A stretch of DNA of 64,000 nucleotides. Origin: an uncultured Pelagibacteraceae bacterium (GTDB lineage Bacteria > Pseudomonadota > Alphaproteobacteria > Pelagibacterales > Pelagibacteraceae). Both the position numbers and the translations under genes were made by a program. The notes below the pieces were generated by a model, which saw only the letters and a list, made by a program, of their open reading frames with translations, did not search any database and was not told the DNA's origin. Below, in pieces: positions 52,806 to 62,033 of the stretch; the first letter of the stretch is position 1; each line of letters opens with the position of its first letter. Where the stretch lies: positions 134,598 through 198,597 of the forward strand of contig CACBXW010000003.1 in assembly GCA_902543295.1 (NCBI GenBank), in the 5' to 3' direction.

Positions 52806-53537
52806 TTAATGGTGTAAATTTAATGCATCATTCAAATAGATACATGTTAAAATTGCAAATACATATGCTTGAAGAAAAGCAACTAATATCTCCAAACCTG
52901 TTAATGCAACTGAAAAACCTAGTGGTAGCCAGCCCCCAACAATTCCTAAGCTAACTACGAAACCTCCAAAAACTTTCATCATCGTATGGCCTGCCATCAT
53001 ATTTGCAAACAATCTAACTGATAAACTAATTGGTCTACTTAAGTATGAAATTATTTCTATAACAACTATTAATGGCAATAAAACCATTGGAACTCCACTT
53101 GGCACAAAAAGTTTTAAGTATCCAAGTCCATGTTTAATAAATCCAATTATTGTTACTCCTATAAATATAAATGCTGCTAATACAAAAGTTACAATGATAT
53201 GGCTAGTGACAGTAAAAGAGTATGGTATCATCCCAAACATGTTACAAAATAAAACAAACATAAATAAAGAAAAAATGAAAGAAAAGTAAGGCTTAGCTTT
53301 CGATCCAGCTGTATCACTTATCATTTTTGAAATAAAAGAGTAACTGAGTTCCGCAAGTAATTGAATTTTATTTGGTATGATAGATCTCTTCGTGCCTAAA
53401 TTAAAAATTATTAATATTGCTAGTGAACTTATGACCATAAACAAACTCGCGTTTGTGAATGAAATATCTATGTTATTTATTTTAATTTCTGGACCAATTC
53501 GGTACACGTTGAATTGGTACATTGGGTTTGCTGCCAT
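52806..53537 (-). CDS. atpB: ATP synthase F0 subunit a
   Basis: SLSVRLFANMMAGH (conserved Arg). Length 243 aa. Confidence 0.95.
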   Translation of the reverse strand: MAANPMYQFNVYRIGPEIKINNIDISFTNASLFMVISSLAILIIFNLGTKRSIIPNKIQLLAELSYSFISKMISDTAGSKAKPYFSFIFSLFMFVLFCNMFGMIPYSFTVTSHIIVTFVLAAFIFIGVTIIGFIKHGLGYLKLFVPSGVPMVLLPLIVVIEIISYLSRPISLSVRLFANMMAGHTMMKVFGGFVVSLGIVGGWLPLGFSVALTGLEILVAFLQAYVFAILTCIYLNDALNLHH

Positions 53538-53544
53538 TTGCCTA

Positions 53545-53823
53545 CTATTTTTGCATTTTTTTTGCTGATCTAATAACGTTCATAATTCCAGCTATTACAC
53601 CAATAAAAAAAAATATTAAAATTAACCAGGGTTTAGTACCAAACCAATTGTCTAAAATAAACCCAATAATTGTCCCAACAGCTACTGCAGATACCAATTC
53701 CGTGCTCATTTTGAAGGCTGACCCCATACTTGAGCCTTTATTTTCCTCTTCAGATTTTTTGTCTTTGTCAGTTTTATTTTTTGCAATTTTTAGGCGAGTT
53801 TTAAACTGGTCTTCATCCATCAT
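53545..53823 (-). CDS. atpI: ATP synthase protein I (AtpI/AtpZ family)
   Basis: 92 aa with two TM segments, immediately upstream of atpB. Confidence 0.7.
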   Translation of the reverse strand: MMDEDQFKTRLKIAKNKTDKDKKSEEENKGSSMGSAFKMSTELVSAVAVGTIIGFILDNWFGTKPWLILIFFFIGVIAGIMNVIRSAKKMQK

Positions 53824-56396
53824 TAAGCAACCATACTCTCTGCTTTTTGAAGATCTACAGCAACTAGTTGGCTAATTCCTTTTTCTGGCATTGTTACGCC
53901 GTATAGTCTGTCCATTTTAGACATGGTTAGAGCGTGGTGAGTTACAATAATAAATCTTGTAGACGTAATTTTAGTTAGTTCCGTCAAAAGATTGCAAAAT
54001 CTTGTTACATTCGCATCATCTAGAGGTGCGTCTACTTCATCGAGAACACATATTGGAGCTGGATTAGTAAGAAACACTGCAAAGATTAAAGATAAAGCAG
54101 TCAGGGCTTGTTCACCTCCCGATAATAAAGTTATTGATTGCAATCTTTTTCCTGGTGGACTTACCAACATTTCTAATCCTGCATCTAAAGGATCATCAGA
54201 GTCTACTAGCTCTAGTTTTGCACTACCTCCATTAAATAGTTTGGTATAAACTTCATTGAACTTTCTATTCACTTTTTCAAAAGCATCTAGAAGTCTTTCC
54301 CTACCTTTCTGATTTAGTTCAGTAATACTTTCTTTTAATTTTATAATTGCAGTTACTAAATCTTGTCTATCTTTTTCCATTTTTTTAATTTCATCTTCAT
54401 ATTTTGAAGTTTCTTCATCTGCTCTTAAGTTGACAGAGCCTAATTTTTCTCTTTCCCTTTTTCTTTCATCAAGTAATTCCTCTTGTGTTACTGTATCTGG
54501 ATATTCAGATGCATCTTTTAAATTTGAAAAATTTAGTATCTCTTCTTCTTTTAAATTAAGTTCTGTTGATACTCTTTCTAGTAAATCATTTCTTCTTTTA
54601 TTCAAACCATCGATTGTTGCTCCAGAGCTTGCTTTTCGCTCTCTTATTTCAATAGATTCTTCCTTTGTTGTATTAAGATTGCTTCTTAATTCGTTAATCT
54701 CTTTATCTAGTTCATCTATTAATATCTCATTATCACTTTTTTCTTTTTCAGAAATTCTTAAATTTTCTGATATTTGCCCTTTTCTTTCAGCTTGCGTTTG
54801 AGGTTGTTTTTCTAGGTCATCTAATTTTTTTTGTTGAGTATCTTTTCTACTATTTAATTCATTAACCATTTTTTCAGAATTTACTAATAAGTTTTTCCAA
54901 CTTTCTATTTCTTGATCAATTATTTTAATTCTTTCACTTCTCTTTATTGATTCTTTTTTAATATTTTGATTTGTACTAAACGCTTCAGCATATTCTTCCT
55001 GTAGACTTTTGATTTCCTCGTTTTTCTTAGTTACTGTTACTGCTAAATCGTCATCATGCATTTCATTAATTTTCATTTTTAAAAATGAAAGATTTATTTT
55101 GCATTCATCTATTAAATTAGTTGCACCATTGATATTATTCTCTGAGAGCATTTCTTTTGCTTTATCTAACTGCTCGCTTGCTAAATCAATAGTTTCTGAA
55201 TTCTTTTTTAGAGTATCAAGGTTTAGATTTTCTAGTATTCTCTCTAACTTATCTTGCTCATCTTTTAATTTTCCTTTTGCATTTACCAAATCTAAACCTG
55301 ACAATTTTTCAGTTTCATAATATTTTGAATCGACTGTAATTAAATTTTCTTTTTCTTCTCTAAGTCTTTTTTCATTAGAGTTTGCATCAATGATTATGCT
55401 TTTTTCTCTAACAATATCGTCATCAATTACACCTAAAGCCTTTCTAATTGATTGTATTTCATCATTAACTCTGTCTTTTTCCTCATCTAAACTTTTTAAC
55501 TCTAGATTTAATCTTTGAATTTTTGACAAGTTTTCTTGATTTTTTTCTCTTATAGGATTTACATTTTTATTCTTTTCAATAATTTTCATGCTTAAATCCT
55601 CTAATTTTTCATTGAAGGACTTAACTTGATCATCAGCCTCATTGTTGATCTCATTCTCTACTTTAATTTCATTATCAATTTCTAAAAGACGTAAATAATA
55701 TAAACCTGCCTCAACTTTTTTTATTTCTTCTGAAATAGATTTGTATTTTGCAGCCTCTTCAGCTTGCTTTTGCAAATTTGCCAATTGTCTTTCCTGTTGT
55801 CTTCTTAATTCATCTGCCCTTTTTAAATTATTTTCTGCCGCGCCTAATCGTAATTCTGCTTCGTGTCTTCTAACATGTAAACCTGCTATACCAGCTGCTT
55901 CTTCTAAAATAGCTCTTCGATCAGAAGGTTTTGCCGTGACCAATGCTCCAATTCTGCCTTGACTAATAATCGAAGGTGAATGAGCACCTGTTGACAAATC
56001 TGCAAAAAACATTTGAGCATCTTTAGCTCTAACTTCTTTCCCATTTATATAAAATTTTGAGCCTTTATCTTTTTCTATTTTTCTTCTTATTTCAATTTCA
56101 TCAAGCTCATTATATTGTAGAGGACCATCTTTGTTGTCATTTGATAAGCTCACTAAAACTTCTGCAATATTTTTTGATGGTTTGTTTGAAGTTCCAGAAA
56201 ATATAACGTCTTCCATTCCTGAACCTCTCATACTTTTTGCCGATGTCTCACCCATACACCATCGCAACGACTCAACTATATTTGATTTGCCACAACCGTT
56301 TGGGCCAACTATCCCAGTTAAACCTTCTTCAATCAGGAAATTTGTTTTTTCAGCAAAAGACTTAAATCCATTTAGTTGGATTTTTTTAAATTCCAT
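53823..56396 (-). CDS. smc: SMC-family chromosome partition ATPase (short, 857 aa)
   Basis: N-terminus MEFKKIQLNGFKSF...GPNGCGKSN (Walker A). The C-terminus has LSGGEQALTALSLIFAVF and VLDEVDAPLDDAN. The roughly 530-aa interior is coiled-coil-like. Confidence 0.85.
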   Translation of the reverse strand: MEFKKIQLNGFKSFAEKTNFLIEEGLTGIVGPNGCGKSNIVESLRWCMGETSAKSMRGSGMEDVIFSGTSNKPSKNIAEVLVSLSNDNKDGPLQYNELDEIEIRRKIEKDKGSKFYINGKEVRAKDAQMFFADLSTGAHSPSIISQGRIGALVTAKPSDRRAILEEAAGIAGLHVRRHEAELRLGAAENNLKRADELRRQQERQLANLQKQAEEAAKYKSISEEIKKVEAGLYYLRLLEIDNEIKVENEINNEADDQVKSFNEKLEDLSMKIIEKNKNVNPIREKNQENLSKIQRLNLELKSLDEEKDRVNDEIQSIRKALGVIDDDIVREKSIIIDANSNEKRLREEKENLITVDSKYYETEKLSGLDLVNAKGKLKDEQDKLERILENLNLDTLKKNSETIDLASEQLDKAKEMLSENNINGATNLIDECKINLSFLKMKINEMHDDDLAVTVTKKNEEIKSLQEEYAEAFSTNQNIKKESIKRSERIKIIDQEIESWKNLLVNSEKMVNELNSRKDTQQKKLDDLEKQPQTQAERKGQISENLRISEKEKSDNEILIDELDKEINELRSNLNTTKEESIEIRERKASSGATIDGLNKRRNDLLERVSTELNLKEEEILNFSNLKDASEYPDTVTQEELLDERKREREKLGSVNLRADEETSKYEDEIKKMEKDRQDLVTAIIKLKESITELNQKGRERLLDAFEKVNRKFNEVYTKLFNGGSAKLELVDSDDPLDAGLEMLVSPPGKRLQSITLLSGGEQALTALSLIFAVFLTNPAPICVLDEVDAPLDDANVTRFCNLLTELTKITSTRFIIVTHHALTMSKMDRLYGVTMPEKGISQLVAVDLQKAESMVA

Positions 56397-56404
56397 TCAC
56401 TGAC

Positions 56405-56980
56405 TTATATCAGTTTTTCAATGTATTTTTTTAATTTTTTGTAGTTTGAGTGATTTTCAAACTTTTTTCCGTTAATTATGACTGTAGGAGTAGCATTCAC
56501 TTTATACTTTTTAACACCTTCGATTCGGTCTTCTAAAATGTGATCCTCTATCTTTTTATCAGCCAAGCACTTATCAAAATCAAGATTATATTCAGTATTA
56601 TCAATAAATTTTTTCATTGCTTGATTTGCTTCTAATTCATTTTTTCCCTTGATCCACTTATCTTGATTTAAATAAAGGTGATGCAAAATTTCATGCTCAC
56701 CATCATTTCTACAATGCGCTAATTTAGTTGCATTAAATGCAATGATATCTAATGGGAAGCTTTTAAATTCTATTGAGATCAATCCTTTATCAATAAAATC
56801 TTCTTTTAGTTTAGGATAAATATTTTTATGAAAATTTGCACAAAAACTGCAAGTTAAAGATTCAAAAACCATCAACTTAACCTTTGAGTCTGCATTCCCT
56901 ACTAAAATTGGTTTAACTTCAGAATTAGCATTAATGAAATTAAAAAAAACTAAAATTGAGACAAGAATTATTTTTTTCAT
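56405..56980 (-). CDS. dsbA: Periplasmic DsbA-family thiol:disulfide oxidoreductase
   Basis: Signal peptide plus a thioredoxin-fold CSFC active site. Length 191 aa. Confidence 0.8.
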   Translation of the reverse strand: MKKIILVSILVFFNFINANSEVKPILVGNADSKVKLMVFESLTCSFCANFHKNIYPKLKEDFIDKGLISIEFKSFPLDIIAFNATKLAHCRNDGEHEILHHLYLNQDKWIKGKNELEANQAMKKFIDNTEYNLDFDKCLADKKIEDHILEDRIEGVKKYKVNATPTVIINGKKFENHSNYKKLKKYIEKLI

Positions 56981-57459
56981 TTTATTTTAAAATGTTTGCT
57001 TAGCTCTAACAGTGAGTTTTTTATTTTGTCATTTTTAATATTATTTATGCTCTTTATATGTTTATTTTTTGTCGCATTAATAGCGGTATTTTTATGGCTT
57101 TCTTCAATTTTTCCATCAAATGTATTCAATTTAATGTCATCTAAAACATGATAGCCAAAAAAAACATTAATTTTTTTTATTATTTCTTTTTTAGAATACT
57201 CAACGTCAACTTCATTTCCCCTCTTTACTAAAATATTTAAACGACTGCCCGATAACTTGTTTGAACTTTTATATGACTTAGGAAAGCTTACTTTAAATAA
57301 ATCTTTACCTACTAAATATTTCCAATTATCTAAAGTTTCATTATAAATTTTACCTTTTTTACTAATTATTCTTTTTGCTTCTGTGGGTAAAGTATCTTTA
57401 AAAGATCTTAAACCTTGAATGGAGTTATATCTCTGCTTAGTATTATATTTTTGACTCAT
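56977..57459 (-). CDS. dciA: DUF721 / DciA-like protein (putative replicative helicase operator)
   Basis: The W.YLVGKDL...L.ILV......VE....EII.KIN.FFGY.V..DIK pattern matches DUF721. The position next to mutY is conserved in alphaproteobacteria. Confidence 0.6.
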   Translation of the reverse strand: MSQKYNTKQRYNSIQGLRSFKDTLPTEAKRIISKKGKIYNETLDNWKYLVGKDLFKVSFPKSYKSSNKLSGSRLNILVKRGNEVDVEYSKKEIIKKINVFFGYHVLDDIKLNTFDGKIEESHKNTAINATKNKHIKSINNIKNDKIKNSLLELSKHFKIK

Positions 57460-58452
57460 ATGAATAGTAAAAACATACCAAATAAAATTCTACTTTGGTA
57501 CGATAATAATAAAAGAATTTTACCTTGGAGAAAAAAAGTTTCTCAGAGGCAAAAAGAATATTTTACGTTTGTTAGCGAATTTATGTTACAGCAAACTCAA
57601 GTAAAAACAGTTATTCCTTATTTTAAAAAATTTGTAAAACAAATTCCAACCTTTCAATCATTGGCAAATGTCGACGAAAAGATCTTAATGAAACATTGGG
57701 AAGGTCTTGGTTATTATTCAAGAGCAAGAAATCTAAAAAAAAGTGCAATTATAATTGTTAGAGATTTCCATGGCAAGTTGCCAAGATCCTATGAAAAGTT
57801 GTTACAACTACCAGGAGTAGGTGAGTATACATCCAAAGCAATAATGTCTATAGCATTTAACCTTAAAACTATTCCTTTAGATGGAAATGTAGAGAGAATT
57901 CTTAAAAGAACTCTATATTTAAAAAAGCAGAATGAAATATCTAAAGATTTTTTAAAAACAAAAATTAATTTTTTTGGACTGTCCGATCGCGCTAGTGATT
58001 ACTCCCAAGCAATCATGGAGATAGGTGCTTTAATATGCAAACCAAAAAATCCAAGTTGTAAGGAATGTCCTTTAAATAAAAATTGTATATCTCTAAAAAA
58101 AAATGACTTTGAATTGACCAAATTTAATAAAGAAATAAAAACTAAATATTTCGAAGCGACTATTTACAAAAAACATAATAACTACTTATTAGTCAAAAAT
58201 GATAAATTTAAATTTTTGAAAAATATGCCAATTTTTCCTATGACTGAAGTTCAAGAAAGTAAGTATAATTATTCTAATAATAAAAAAATTAATATAAAAT
58301 TATCCAATATGGAAATGAAAATTTTGTTAAATAACTCAAAAAGACCTCCAAAGATTAAAAATAAAATATTAATCAAAAAAGATAAATTAAGCTCAGAAAT
58401 AATTCCATCATTTACTAAAAAAATATTTTATACCATCTCAAAATCTGAATGA
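57460..58452 (+). CDS. mutY: A/G-specific adenine DNA glycosylase
   Basis: LLWYDNNKRILPWR, HhH (LPGVGEYTSKAI) and the 4Fe-4S loop CKPKNPSCKECPLNKNC. I prefer the start at 57460 (MNSKNIP). The ATG at 57415 would overlap dciA. Confidence 0.9.
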   Translation: MNSKNIPNKILLWYDNNKRILPWRKKVSQRQKEYFTFVSEFMLQQTQVKTVIPYFKKFVKQIPTFQSLANVDEKILMKHWEGLGYYSRARNLKKSAIIIVRDFHGKLPRSYEKLLQLPGVGEYTSKAIMSIAFNLKTIPLDGNVERILKRTLYLKKQNEISKDFLKTKINFFGLSDRASDYSQAIMEIGALICKPKNPSCKECPLNKNCISLKKNDFELTKFNKEIKTKYFEATIYKKHNNYLLVKNDKFKFLKNMPIFPMTEVQESKYNYSNNKKINIKLSNMEMKILLNNSKRPPKIKNKILIKKDKLSSEIIPSFTKKIFYTISKSE

Positions 58453-59573
58453 AAAAAGTTGCAATTGTCGGAGCTGGTATATCTGGTTTGTATCTTGCAA
58501 ATGAATTAAACAAAAATACTGAAATAGACTATAAAATATTTGAAAAAAAAGATTATCTCAATTTAAATGAAGGTTATGGTATTCAACTTTCAGTTAATAG
58601 TATTAATTTGTTGAATAAAATTGGATTTAAAAATATTTCAGCATCAGATGTTTATTATCCAACAAAAGTTAATTTTTTCCAGGCTAATAATATTAAAAAG
58701 ATTTGTGAAATTGATTTAAAGCAATTCAATAATGTAAACGACCGTTACACAACACTTAAAAGATCAACATTAATAAAGTTTTTAATTAGCAATTTACCTG
58801 AGGAAAAAATTCAATTTAAAGCCGATATTCAAAATATCGAATATAATGAAAAAATAAAGATTTCTTGTAATAATAAGAATGAAAGTTTCGATTATATAGT
58901 AATTGCAGACGGTGTTTTTTCAAAATTAAAATCTCAAATATCAAATAATCATTTAAACCCAATTTTTAATGGGAACATTGCTTTAAGGGCGAATTTAAAA
59001 CAACATGAAAAAGATAATATTTCTGTTTATATGGGGTCAAATTTTCACTATGTAACTTATCCTGTAAATCAAAAACTCGAATATAATTTCGTTGCTATAA
59101 TCAAAAAGAAACTAACTACTAAAGAAATTGAAGATAAAAATATTCTTAATTCAGAAACATTTATAAAATCTTTAAAAGACTTTATTTCACAAAATTCAAT
59201 TATAAATTTGGAAAGTTTAGCAAATATAAAGTGTTTTCCTGTATTTGTAAGCACTGAATTGCCCACACTAAAATATCAAAATACTTATTTGAGTGGTGAT
59301 GCTTTATTTGCTTTTCCACCTTCTTTTGCACAAGGTGCTTCTCAAAGTATTGAAACAGCAAATGGTATTTTAGAAAATATTACAAATTCAAATAGTATTT
59401 ATAAAGATAAGATAAGTAAAATATTACTAGTAAATAAAAGATCAAAATTAAACCATTTTGCCTTCCATTTAACTAATCCAATAATAATATTAATTAGAAA
59501 TATTGTTTTGAAATTTTTATCAAAAAATAAAAAATTTCTAGAGAGTTATCTTGGAAAAATTTATAGAAATTAA
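58449..59573 (+). CDS. FAD-dependent monooxygenase (UbiH/salicylate-hydroxylase-like)
   Basis: GxGxxG motif VAIVGAGISGLYLA, DG motif IADGVFS, and the C-terminal LSGDALFAFPPSFAQGASQSIE. Confidence 0.7.
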   Translation: MKKVAIVGAGISGLYLANELNKNTEIDYKIFEKKDYLNLNEGYGIQLSVNSINLLNKIGFKNISASDVYYPTKVNFFQANNIKKICEIDLKQFNNVNDRYTTLKRSTLIKFLISNLPEEKIQFKADIQNIEYNEKIKISCNNKNESFDYIVIADGVFSKLKSQISNNHLNPIFNGNIALRANLKQHEKDNISVYMGSNFHYVTYPVNQKLEYNFVAIIKKKLTTKEIEDKNILNSETFIKSLKDFISQNSIINLESLANIKCFPVFVSTELPTLKYQNTYLSGDALFAFPPSFAQGASQSIETANGILENITNSNSIYKDKISKILLVNKRSKLNHFAFHLTNPIIILIRNIVLKFLSKNKKFLESYLGKIYRN

Positions 59574-60643
59574 GTAGTTGGCCTTAGTCTTTGCCTCAAA
59601 TCATCAATTGGTTTGAGTGAATTACCTGATTTATAATACCAAAAAGTCCAACCATTGCAGCTCTCAGCACCTAATATTTGTGCAGCAACTTTATGAATTG
59701 ATCCTTCTGATTTCCGATATTTTATACTACCATCAATCATAATTTTCGCATTGATTTGTTTTTTTTGATCAAAAATTTCAGTACCAGGTTTAATAATTCC
59801 TAATTCAACCAAAGATCCAAATGGCACTCTTGGTTTGGATCTATTATTTTTTATAGTATCTAAATATTCATCTTCTATAATCTTTGTATTTTTTATTCTT
59901 TTACTTGCAGCTTCAAAATAGTTTTTTTCTTTTTCTATCCCAAAATAATTTCTACTTAACTTTTTTGAAACTACAGCGGTTGTTCCCGTACCGAGAAACG
60001 GGTCCAATATTAAATCGCCTTTATTAGACGATGCTAATATAATTCTGTGCAATAAAGACTCTGGCTTTTGCGTTGAGTGAACTTTATTACCATTATTTTT
60101 AAGTCTTTCTTTTCCATTACATATAGGTAAATTCCATGTAGATCTCATCTGTAGATCATCGTTTAAACATTTAAGTGATTGATAATTAAAAGTATATTTT
60201 GAGCCTTCATTTTTTGATGCCCATATAAGTGTTTCGTGCGCATTCGTAAAACGTGTTCCTCTAAAATTTGGCATAGGGTTATTTTTGTTCCAAATCACAT
60301 CATTTAGTATCCAAAAACCTAAATCTTGCATTTTTGAACCAACTCTAAAAATATTATGATAACTTCCTATGACCCATATAGATCCATTTTTTTTTAAAAT
60401 TCTTTTACATTCTTTAAGCCATTGAACTGAAAACTCATCATAACTTTTAAAACTATCAAATTTATCCCACGCATCGTCTACAGCATCGACTTTAGATCTA
60501 TCAGGTCGACTTAATTCTTTTTTCAGTTGAAGGTTGTAAGGTGGATCTGCAAATATCAGATCAAAACTTTCAGCCGGAATTTTTTTTAATTCCTTAATAC
60601 TATCTCCATTAATAATTTTATTTTTTATGTCTGAAATGATCAT
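59570..60643 (-). CDS. ccrM: CcrM-type (beta-class) N6-adenine DNA methyltransferase, GANTC-specific family
   Basis: DPPY catalytic motif (IFADPPYNL) lies before the SAM motif (DPFLGTGTTAVV). The roughly 80-aa C-terminal extension is typical of CcrM. Length 357 aa. Confidence 0.88.
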   Translation of the reverse strand: MIISDIKNKIINGDSIKELKKIPAESFDLIFADPPYNLQLKKELSRPDRSKVDAVDDAWDKFDSFKSYDEFSVQWLKECKRILKKNGSIWVIGSYHNIFRVGSKMQDLGFWILNDVIWNKNNPMPNFRGTRFTNAHETLIWASKNEGSKYTFNYQSLKCLNDDLQMRSTWNLPICNGKERLKNNGNKVHSTQKPESLLHRIILASSNKGDLILDPFLGTGTTAVVSKKLSRNYFGIEKEKNYFEAASKRIKNTKIIEDEYLDTIKNNRSKPRVPFGSLVELGIIKPGTEIFDQKKQINAKIMIDGSIKYRKSEGSIHKVAAQILGAESCNGWTFWYYKSGNSLKPIDDLRQRLRPTT

Positions 60644-60659
60644 TTTATATTTTTGAATT

Positions 60660-60678
60660 AGACTCCAGTCGGGAGTCT
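60660..60678. promoter_or_regulatory. Inverted repeat carrying two GANTC sites immediately upstream of ccrM
   Basis: AGACTCC (60660-66) pairs with GGAGTCT (60672-78). GACTC lies at 60661-65 and GAGTC at 60673-77, 18-35 nt upstream of the ccrM ATG (60643). Confidence 0.5.
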
Positions 60679-60721
60679 ACGTCAACCTGTGATTGAATTT
60701 ATTGTTTGATAATTGTTATGA

Positions 60722-61297
60722 TTATTTTTTAAGACTCAATATCTTGTGTATTGGTATGAAGGTTTTTCTATGAAATCTAGTCACTCCAAATTTTTTAATA
60801 GCTTTAATATGATCCTTAGTTCCATAACCTGCATTATTATCCCAGCCGTATTTTTTAAAAGAAAAAGACATCTTTTTCATTAGCTTATCTCTTTCAACTT
60901 TAGCAATAATCGATGCGGCTGAAATTTCAGGAATTTTTTCATCACCTTTTACAATAGTTTTAATTACATAATTTTTTAAGTCTGGTGGTTTATTACCATC
61001 TATTAAAACTTTTTTAGGTTTCAATTTGAGTTTCTTAATTGCTCTTTTCATTGAAAGTAGGCTAGCATTTAAAATATTAATTTTTTCAATTTCCTTTATT
61101 GATGCAGATCCTAACGCCCAAACTGAATTTTTTTTTATATATTTAGCTAGAGTTTCCCTTTGAATTTTGTTTAGTTTTTTTGAATCTTTAAGAATTTTTC
61201 TATTAATTTCTTTATTTAATATAACAGCAGCTGCATAAACTGGTCCTACAAGGCTTCCTCTTCCAACTTCATCAACCCCAGCAATAATTTTTTTCAT
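60722..61297 (-). CDS. rnhB: Ribonuclease HII
   Basis: GVDEVGRGSLVGPV N-terminal motif and SASIIAK. Length 191 aa. Confidence 0.93.
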   Translation of the reverse strand: MKKIIAGVDEVGRGSLVGPVYAAAVILNKEINRKILKDSKKLNKIQRETLAKYIKKNSVWALGSASIKEIEKINILNASLLSMKRAIKKLKLKPKKVLIDGNKPPDLKNYVIKTIVKGDEKIPEISAASIIAKVERDKLMKKMSFSFKKYGWDNNAGYGTKDHIKAIKKFGVTRFHRKTFIPIHKILSLKK

Positions 61298-61316
61298 ATA
61301 AAATATTATTAAAATT

Positions 61317-62033
61317 TTAAATCTCTAAACCAGTTTCATCTATTTTTTTTCTAATTTCTTTAAGATCGGCCCAAGAATATTTTTTTTGCTCTGCTTGTCT
61401 TAGTAGATATGCTGGGTGAAAAGTTATCATTGTTAAATATGTTTTATTATTAATTATTACTTCCTTCCATTTTCCTCTTTCTTTAGAGATTTTAATTTTA
61501 TTCCCGAAGAGCGCTTCCATTGCTGTGCTTCCCATTAAAATAAGTATTTCTGGATTTATAATCGAAATATGTCTTCTTAAATATTCAGAGTATCTATTTA
61601 TTTCTGATATTTCAGGCTTTCTGTTATTTGGAGGTCTATAATTTACAACATTAGTTATATACACGTTAGTTCTATCTAAATTAATAGCTTTCAACATTTT
61701 ATTTAAAAGCATTCCTGCATCACCAACAAAAGGTTTTCCTAATTCATCTTCTTTTTGTCCAGGTCCTTCACCTACAATCATTATTTTTGAAGATGAATTT
61801 CCATCACTGAAAACAAGATTTTTTGCACTATTTTTTAGTTCACAATCTTCAATCTTTTCTATTTCAACTCTAAGTTTTGCTAATTCTTCAGATTTTTCCT
61901 CATTAGAAGCATTATTTTTAAATCTATTTATTGGCTCATCACTAAATTCATATTCAATACCTAGCTCGTTTAATAAATCATTATCAAATATGTCATTTTG
62001 ATTTTTTTCATTTAAAGTCATAAAGTAAAACAT
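61317..62033 (-). CDS. Uracil-DNA glycosylase, family 4
   Basis: GEGPGQKEDELGKPFVGDAG motif A and a C-terminal HPA.LLR motif. An alternative start is M5 at 62021. Confidence 0.85.
   Translation of the reverse strand: MFYFMTLNEKNQNDIFDNDLLNELGIEYEFSDEPINRFKNNASNEEKSEELAKLRVEIEKIEDCELKNSAKNLVFSDGNSSSKIMIVGEGPGQKEDELGKPFVGDAGMLLNKMLKAINLDRTNVYITNVVNYRPPNNRKPEISEINRYSEYLRRHISIINPEILILMGSTAMEALFGNKIKISKERGKWKEVIINNKTYLTMITFHPAYLLRQAEQKKYSWADLKEIRKKIDETGLEI

Noticed and set aside
52582-52809. 75-aa + strand ORF opposite atpE
   Set aside because: It is the exact antisense shadow of the highly conserved c-subunit gene.
53992-56403. Series of + strand ORFs (85-123 aa, Ser/Phe/Leu-rich) inside smc
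   Set aside because: They are antisense shadows of the GAA/AAA-rich coiled-coil coding region. There are no motifs, and they overlap a confident gene completely.
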